A stretch of 58,669 bases of DNA, taken from positions 1,147,259 to 1,205,927 of the forward strand of contig NC_068988.1 in assembly GCF_001194135.2 (NCBI RefSeq), read 5' to 3'. Each line of letters opens with the position of its first letter. The stretch's first letter is position 1. This stretch comes from Octopus bimaculoides. Lineage: Eukaryota. A program made the position numbers and the translations under genes. Below, piece after piece: positions 52,354-58,669 of this stretch. Under the pieces are notes generated by a model that made no database searches, was not told the DNA's origin, and was given only the letters and a program-made list of their open reading frames with translations.

Positions 52354-52618
52354 CAATACGAGAAGATTTAATGAAAATAATTATCGCAAATGTAAAAGTT
52401 TATCTGAGATAATTACAGCAATAACAATGAGCTGTATAACAAACCAACTAGAACAAACATTAACATGTGAACCAATTAATAGTCATCGTTGCAGATATTC
52501 ATTTAATTAACCTTTTTTTCTTTTTCCAGTTGCAATACAAAATAATTACAATAAAAATATGTGTCAATGAAATATATGAGTGGAAAGTGCGACTTCCTTT
52601 TAATTTTGTTGCTTAATA

Positions 52619-53058
52619 TCATCATCATCATCATCATCGTTTAACGTCCGCTTTCCATGCTAGCATGGGTTGGACGATTTGACTGAGGACTGGTGAAACC
52701 GGATGGCAACACCAGGCTCCAGTCTGATTTGGCAGAGTTTCTACAGCTGGATGCCCTTCCTAACGCCAACCACTCAGAGAGTGTAGTGGGTGCTTTTACG
52801 TGCCACCCGCACGAAAACGGCCACGCTCGAAATGGTGTCTTTTATGTGCCACCCGCACAAGCCAGTCCAGGGGCGCTGGCAACGATCTCGCTCGAAAATC
52901 CTACAGGAGCCAGTCAGGCGGTACTGGCAACGGCCACGCTCAAAATGGTGCATCTCATGTGCCACCCGCACAAGAACCAGTCCAGCGGCACTGGCAACGA
53001 TCTTACTTGGCTTGCCGGGTCTTCTCACGCACAGCACATTTCCAAAGGTCTCGGTCAG
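52619..53058 (-). mobile_element. (GAT)n-tailed non-LTR retroposon family B, young modular copy
   Basis: Minus strand ends GGAAGGGCATCCAGCTGTAGAAACTC..CATGGAAAGCGGACGTTAAACGATGATGATG. Related copies (approximate): 880-1060, 1240-1470, 4200-4340, 24230-24470, 25200-25293, 33480-33660, 34150-34450, 35615-35905, 38340-38520, 42100-42275, 44060-44250, 48630-48830, 56172-56321. Confidence 0.85.
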
Positions 53059-53759
53059 TATATTTATTATAATAATAATAATCCTTTTTATTACAGGCAC
53101 AAGGCCCGAAATTTGGCAGGAGGAGGCAAGTCGATTACATCGACCCCAGAGCGAAACTGGTACTTATTTAATCGATTGCGAAAGGATGAAAGGCAAAGTT
53201 GACCTTGGTGGAATTTGAACTCCAAACGTGGTGAAGACAGACAAAATACAGCTAAGCATTATTATAATAATAATAATACTAACTAATATAAATGAGGTTG
53301 GTGGGTTGATTCCTCCAGTTACACTTTAAATTATATGGAGAGAGAGTTAACATAAGAGGTACAGAATGAGTGCACATACGAGGCTTCATGGCAGGCAATG
53401 AGTAAAGGAATGTCACAAACACCCACACACATAGAATGAGAGAGAAAAAGAGTCATAGAGACAGAGTTAGTTGAAGGAGGAGAGAGAGTAAATGACAGGA
53501 CAGTTATGGGAGAAGTTCAAATTTTGAAGAGAAAAACGTTTGATGGAGTAGATAGTGGGCAAATTTTCAATGGAGGTATTTTACCAGTGTGTAATAAACA
53601 TATATTCAGAGCAAATAAACAAATGATAAATTTGTTTTATTTAATTCTAATTTGATAAATAGTTTCCTTTTAAAATGAATATTCATTTCATCATTTTATA
53701 AAAGCACCAAGAAATTTGAGGAAAGTTAAATTATAATCATTGTGTGTATGCCATAGTTA

Positions 53760-54320
53760 CCGATAGCAACTGGTACTCCATTGGTTATGATGAAGAAGGT
53801 TCCAGTTGATCCGATCAACAGAACAGCCTGCTCGTGAAGTTAACGTGCAAGTGGCTGAGCACTCCACAGACACGTGTACCCTTAACGTAGTTTTGGGGGA
53901 GATTCAGTGTGACACAGAGTGTGACAAGGCTGACCCCTTAGAAATACAGGCACAACTCATTTTTACCAGCTGAGCGGACTGGAGCATTCTTTTCTACTCT
54001 AGGCACAAGGCCTACAATTTTGGGAGAGGGGGCCAGCCGATTAGATTGACCCCAGTATGCAACTGGTACTTAATTTATCAATCCTGAAAGGATGAAAGGC
54101 AAAGTCGATCTCAGCAGAATTTGAACTCAGAATGTAAAGACAGACAAAATACCACTAAGCATTTCATCCGGCATGCTAACGTTTCTACCAGCTCACCACC
54201 TTAAGTGGACTGAAGCATTGTGAAATAAAGTGTCTTGCTCAAGGACACAATGCAACACTGGGAATTGAACCAACGACCTTATGATCATAAGTCAGATACC
54301 CTAACCACGAAGCCAAGAGT
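53760..54320 (-). mobile_element. tRNA-derived SINE family D (interrupted)
   Basis: Head GTGGTTAGGGTATCTGAC..GGTTCAATTCCC followed by TGTGTCCTTGAGCAAGACACTT. Related pieces near 1880-2045 and 13850-14150. Confidence 0.7.
53989..54206 (-). mobile_element. tRNA-derived SINE family C, nested in family D with a 13-bp TSD
   Basis: GGTGAGCTGGTAGAAACGTTAGC head, GAGTTCAAATTC box, GCCTTTCATCCTTTC central domain; TSD GGACTGGAGCATT/GGACTGAAGCATT. Related copies (approximate): 6130-6315, 14700-14880, 15510-15720, 18100-18470, 24480-24682, 50870-51090, 53080-53250. Confidence 0.82.
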
Positions 54321-54413
54321 GTAAAATGAGGAACCCTGGTAAAAGACATCACATGGTGTTTTATCTATTATTACAGCATGTCTGAATATATTTCATAAGC
54401 ACAAGGCCTTTGT

Positions 54414-54451
<38 letters not shown>

Positions 54452-56331
54452 CATTGGAATGTACCCCCAGTACACACCTTTTACTTATGCTCTTAACCAT
54501 ACATAGATGAAACAAAATATGGAATGTAAAGGAGATAAAATTTTATTTTATAAGGAATTTAGTCCCTGACTCAGCACTTTCATACGTCAAACTATGTTGA
54601 CCCCTTTTCTGACCAGATTTCCTAAAAAATACTGCCGACATTTCTTATCAAAAATATTGTCATATCATGGATTGGGTGGGATTTAGTAAAAATAACTTCT
54701 TTGCATTGTTCAGCAAGTGTCTGGGACATAAGAAAGAGTCCTAACATAAAATTAGGAGAGAAGTTTTAATATAGATGTCAACATCTCAAAATAGACAGTT
54801 TTGTGTCATAAAACCAGAGGCAGTCTGAAGAAGATTGTTCTAAAAGGAGTTAAATATATTCATTGGTCCTCTAAGACTACTTATTCTATACAAACACTTC
54901 AGTATAGAAATCTTTCATAAGTTTAAAACAATCAACATCATTGTGATTGCAATGACTGTTTTGGGGGTTTTCTATCTAAAACATTGTATATAAGTGTAGG
55001 CATTACTGTATAAAGTGATACTGAACCAGTGCATGTGTTTATTGTTATCGGCATAATGGCCCTCTCAAGGTACTATAAAATTTGTTTCAACACACAAATT
55101 CACATCAAGAATCTTGCAAACCAAATACAAAAGGAAAACATGACTGCATGGTTAAAAAGTTTGCTTCCCAACTGCATAGTTGTGGGTTCAATCCCACTAT
55201 GACACCTTAGACAAGTCTTCAACTGTAGCCGCAAGCTGAACAAAACCTTGTGAGTGGATTTGGTAGAAGGGAAACTGAAGAAAACAACCTGTCGTGTGTG
55301 TGTGTGTGTGTGTGTGTGTACGCGTGTCTCCTTGTCTTGACATCATATAATGTCGTATGTGAATGTCATTTCCAATTTTCTGCGAAAAGGTCTGGCCAAG
55401 GGGAAATATTACTTTGTTTGTAAACAGGTCAGAGTTGTTGACAAGAAGGGCGTCTGGCCATAGAAAACCTGCCTCAATAAACGCTGTCCAAGCCATGCAT
55501 GCATGGAAAAACAGACATTAAAATGATGATGATGATGTGGCCACGTGAACTCAATAACACCAGTGTTTACTTAACATTGGCCACAGTAATGTAAGTGGAA
55601 AGTAAATGTATCCCAGTGTATAGAATTGCTATGCACCTCAAATGACATTTCTATCAAGTGCCCAATTGAGAAAAACAACAGAATGTCTGGAAACCAAAAC
55701 TAGAAATAACCGCTCAGCAATCTTTGTCACTCTCTGTCACACAAAGCCCAAATATAAATCAAACCGAAAACAAACTCATTAAAATCCAATAACTGATGTT
55801 GTTGGTAAATAACAAAAATAGGTGTAGCTGGTATTATTAACTGATAGTTTGTTATTTATATGAACATTTCAACCCAGAAAATAGGTTTACATGAACTGGG
55901 GTAAAATCAGGCTTTTAACAACAAACAGACTAAAATTAGCATCGACTAAATTTGTTATTTCCATTCTTGCCAATGACACTAAAGAACATCAAATGTAACC
56001 ATCATACACACACACACAGAAAACAGAAACACTAGGAATTACCAAATACCATTCTCAGCTTACACACAAGACATATTAAACTAAACAAGCAAACTAGTGC
56101 AACAGCACTCACATAGGTTTAACAGGCACAAAGAAACAACTCTGGTGAATAACAATGTATTTTATATACACCATCATCATCATCGTTTAACGTCCGCTTT
56201 CCATGCTAGCATGGATTGGACGATTTGACTGAGGACTGGTGAAACCGGATGGCAACACCAGGCTCCAATCTAAATTTGGCAGAGTTTCTACAGCTGGATG
56301 CCCTTCCTAACGCCAACCACTTATATATATA

Positions 56332-57080
56332 TAGGGTGCAGTGAATAAACTGTCATCTAAATTACACAAAAATGAAAATAACACTGACATCTCATTTTAA
56401 TAGATATATTTACCAAAATTACATAAAAATATCTTGAAATACTAAAAAGTAAATTTATTCAAAAAAAATCGCCATAGACTTCAACCACAGCCTCCAGATA
56501 ACTTCAGAATCTCCTCCAACTCTTCTGGACAGTCTCCTTCTTTAAGTTGGTGAATGCTGCCATGATCCTTGCTTTCAGTTCATTTTTGGTGTTACAGAGA
56601 GTTTTGTTGGTCTCTTGTTCAACTGCATCCCACACATAATAATCAAGGGGATTGCAGTCTGGGGAATTAGGTGGCCAGATGTTAGGGGTGATGTGGTCAC
56701 AGAAATTGTCTGACAGCCACAACTGGGTTCTCCTACTTGTATGATACGATGCAGAGTCCTGTTGCCAGATATGGGGTGTTCCAGCAGCCACCCTCTTCAC
56801 CCAGGGCAGCAGGTAGCACCACTTCCTCCAGGCATTTGATGTAGGCCTCCGTGTTGAGTCTGAAGCCATGTGAGAAAATGAATGGAGGCATAACATCGCC
56901 GTCACTAGTGATCACTCCAAAGAAAATTTTCTTGTCTGAGAAACACAAAAGCATGTTTGGTTGGAGAGGATGCTTAAGTTTGCTCAAAAGCTTCGTAGAG
57001 TGGTCTTTCCTCTTGTCCTTAATGGCTTGGGATAAACATTGGCTCTTTCTCATCTTGTATGAGGAATACCAAACATGCAC
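56332..57080 (-). mobile_element. Truncated, frameshifted Tc1/mariner-superfamily transposase, DD37D (maT) type
   Basis: ORFs 56733..57080 and 56504..56905 give FSD..FGVITSDGDVMPPFIF and WQQDSASYH..WPPNSPDCNPLDYYVW. 37 residues separate the second and third catalytic D. A TIR-like end TAGGGTGCAG follows a (TA)n run at 56332. Confidence 0.88.
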
Positions 57081-57910
57081 TACCTGCCTGAAATATCAAT
57101 CACCAAATTAACTACCCATCAAAACAAGTGCTTAATTCATTATATAACAGATAAAAATCGTTTTGGAGATCTTCTACCCATTCAAATCCTTTAAGGTTCT
57201 TCGTAATAGAATTTAATTTCTAATAAACAATATAGTGACAGTTCAATTTTTGTCCAATCATTCCTTCTAGCACTAATTTATAAGGCAAATTATTATGCTA
57301 CCTTAGTCCAGATATAACACCTCTTGCCATTGCCATACTCCATCCACTTTTTCTTATTCATTTATCTAATCCATTGACCTCCTGTGCAGGTGGCCCCATT
57401 CTGGCCATTCTCCCTGCAACTACTAACCCCAACAATTTAAATTGAAGATCACCTGCACTAAATTAAGCCAGATATAGACACCACCACCCCCAACACACAC
57501 ACACACACACACACCAGTCGATAACCTGTCCCCCACCCCATCGCACCCTTCAAAAAATGCTATGTCTCTTACGCAACCTGTTAACCTACAACTGAAATAA
57601 CTAGAGTCAGTGTGATGGTCTAAAAAAAGGGTCAGAAAAACCTCAACAATTATTTAATTAGTGAAAAGAAAGTATTTGCATAAACAGATTAATCGGAAAA
57701 TGTACTTCTATTCTTTTATCTGTTTCAGTCATTTGACTGTGACCATGCTGGAGCACTGCCTTTAGTCAAACAAATCGACCCCTGGACTTATTCTTTGTAA
57801 GCCTAGTACCTATTCTATTGGTTTCTTTTGCTGAACTGCGAAGTTATAGGGACGTAAACACACCAACATTGGTTGTCAAGTGATGGCAGGGGGGGGGACA
57901 AATACACATA

Positions 57911-57943
<33 letters not shown>

Positions 57944-58608
57944 NNNNNNNNNNNNNNNNNNNNNNNNNNNNNNNNNNNNNNNNNNNNNNNNNNNNNNNNN
58001 NNNNNNNNNNNNNNNNNNNNNNNNNNNNNCCAAGGTGCCACACAGTGGGACTGAACCCGGAAGCATGTGATCGGGAAGTAAGCTTCTTACCACACAGTCA
58101 TGCCTGCGCTTATGAAACTTATTTAAAACTAAATCATAAAAGGCATACACATACACACACACGCATGCATGCATGCACACACACACGTGCATGCATGCAC
58201 ACGCACACGATTACTTTCCTGGAGAGAATACAATTTCTGTGATATGGAATCGTTAGACTGCTTGGTAGAAAGTAAAAATGGATTGTCTAAAACTTGCACC
58301 AAGTGTGCTTAGAATACTTTTTATGAATAAGAGTACAGGAAAGGCAGTATGGTTAAGAAGTTTACTTCCCAACCAAATGGTTTGGAGTTCAGTCCTCCCA
58401 CTGTCTGACAGCTTGGGCAAGTGTCTTCTACTGTAGCCTCAGGCTTGTGAGTAGATTTGTGGACATACATATACACATACATACATATATATCCATACAT
58501 ATCTACATACATACATGTATATATATATATATATACATATATACATACATGCATACATTTATATATAGATATGTATATATATATATACATGCATACATGT
58601 ATATATGC

Positions 58609-58669
<61 letters not shown>

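Noticed and set aside
52693-53218. Several 90-169-aa ORFs
   Set aside because: They arise from the GC-richer repetitive body of the family-B retroposon.
1-58669. CRISPR arrays, rRNA, true tRNA genes or prokaryotic systems
   Set aside because: None seen. The tRNA-like sequences are SINE heads without an intact cloverleaf or terminator, and the repeats lack a repeat-spacer structure.

Overview
AT-rich, microsatellite- and retroposon-dense animal genomic DNA with several N gaps. The repeat families and draft-assembly style suggest a coleoid cephalopod, probably Octopus (inference). The window holds most of one minus-strand gene, the SARA/endofin-family FYVE protein (ZFYVE9/Sara-like). I could join six coding exons by splice sites and phase: a 2361-nt exon encoding a disordered region, a polyQ + first-half-FYVE exon, the Smad-binding-domain exon, the PP1-motif exon and two further exons. 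The exon for the second half of the FYVE finger was not found and probably lies in the 850-nt gap. The start exon was not found and the 3' exons lie beyond position 1. Introns contain tRNA-derived SINEs, a (GAT)n-tailed retroposon, RTE LINE remnants, TIR MITEs and a DD37D mariner remnant. Best leads: (1) a TSD-bounded tRNA-headed SINE carrying a minimal hammerhead-ribozyme-like motif, inserted in the 3' end of a HERO-like LINE (22135-22399); (2) a TIR element carrying a Penelope-type GIY-YIG fragment (37185-38150); (3) a decayed intronic copy of the polyQ/FYVE exon (32749-32866); (4) an in-phase 18-nt microexon candidate (51467-51484); (5) a JIP1-type JNK docking motif in the disordered region. 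All family assignments are by eye and from memory; no searches were run.
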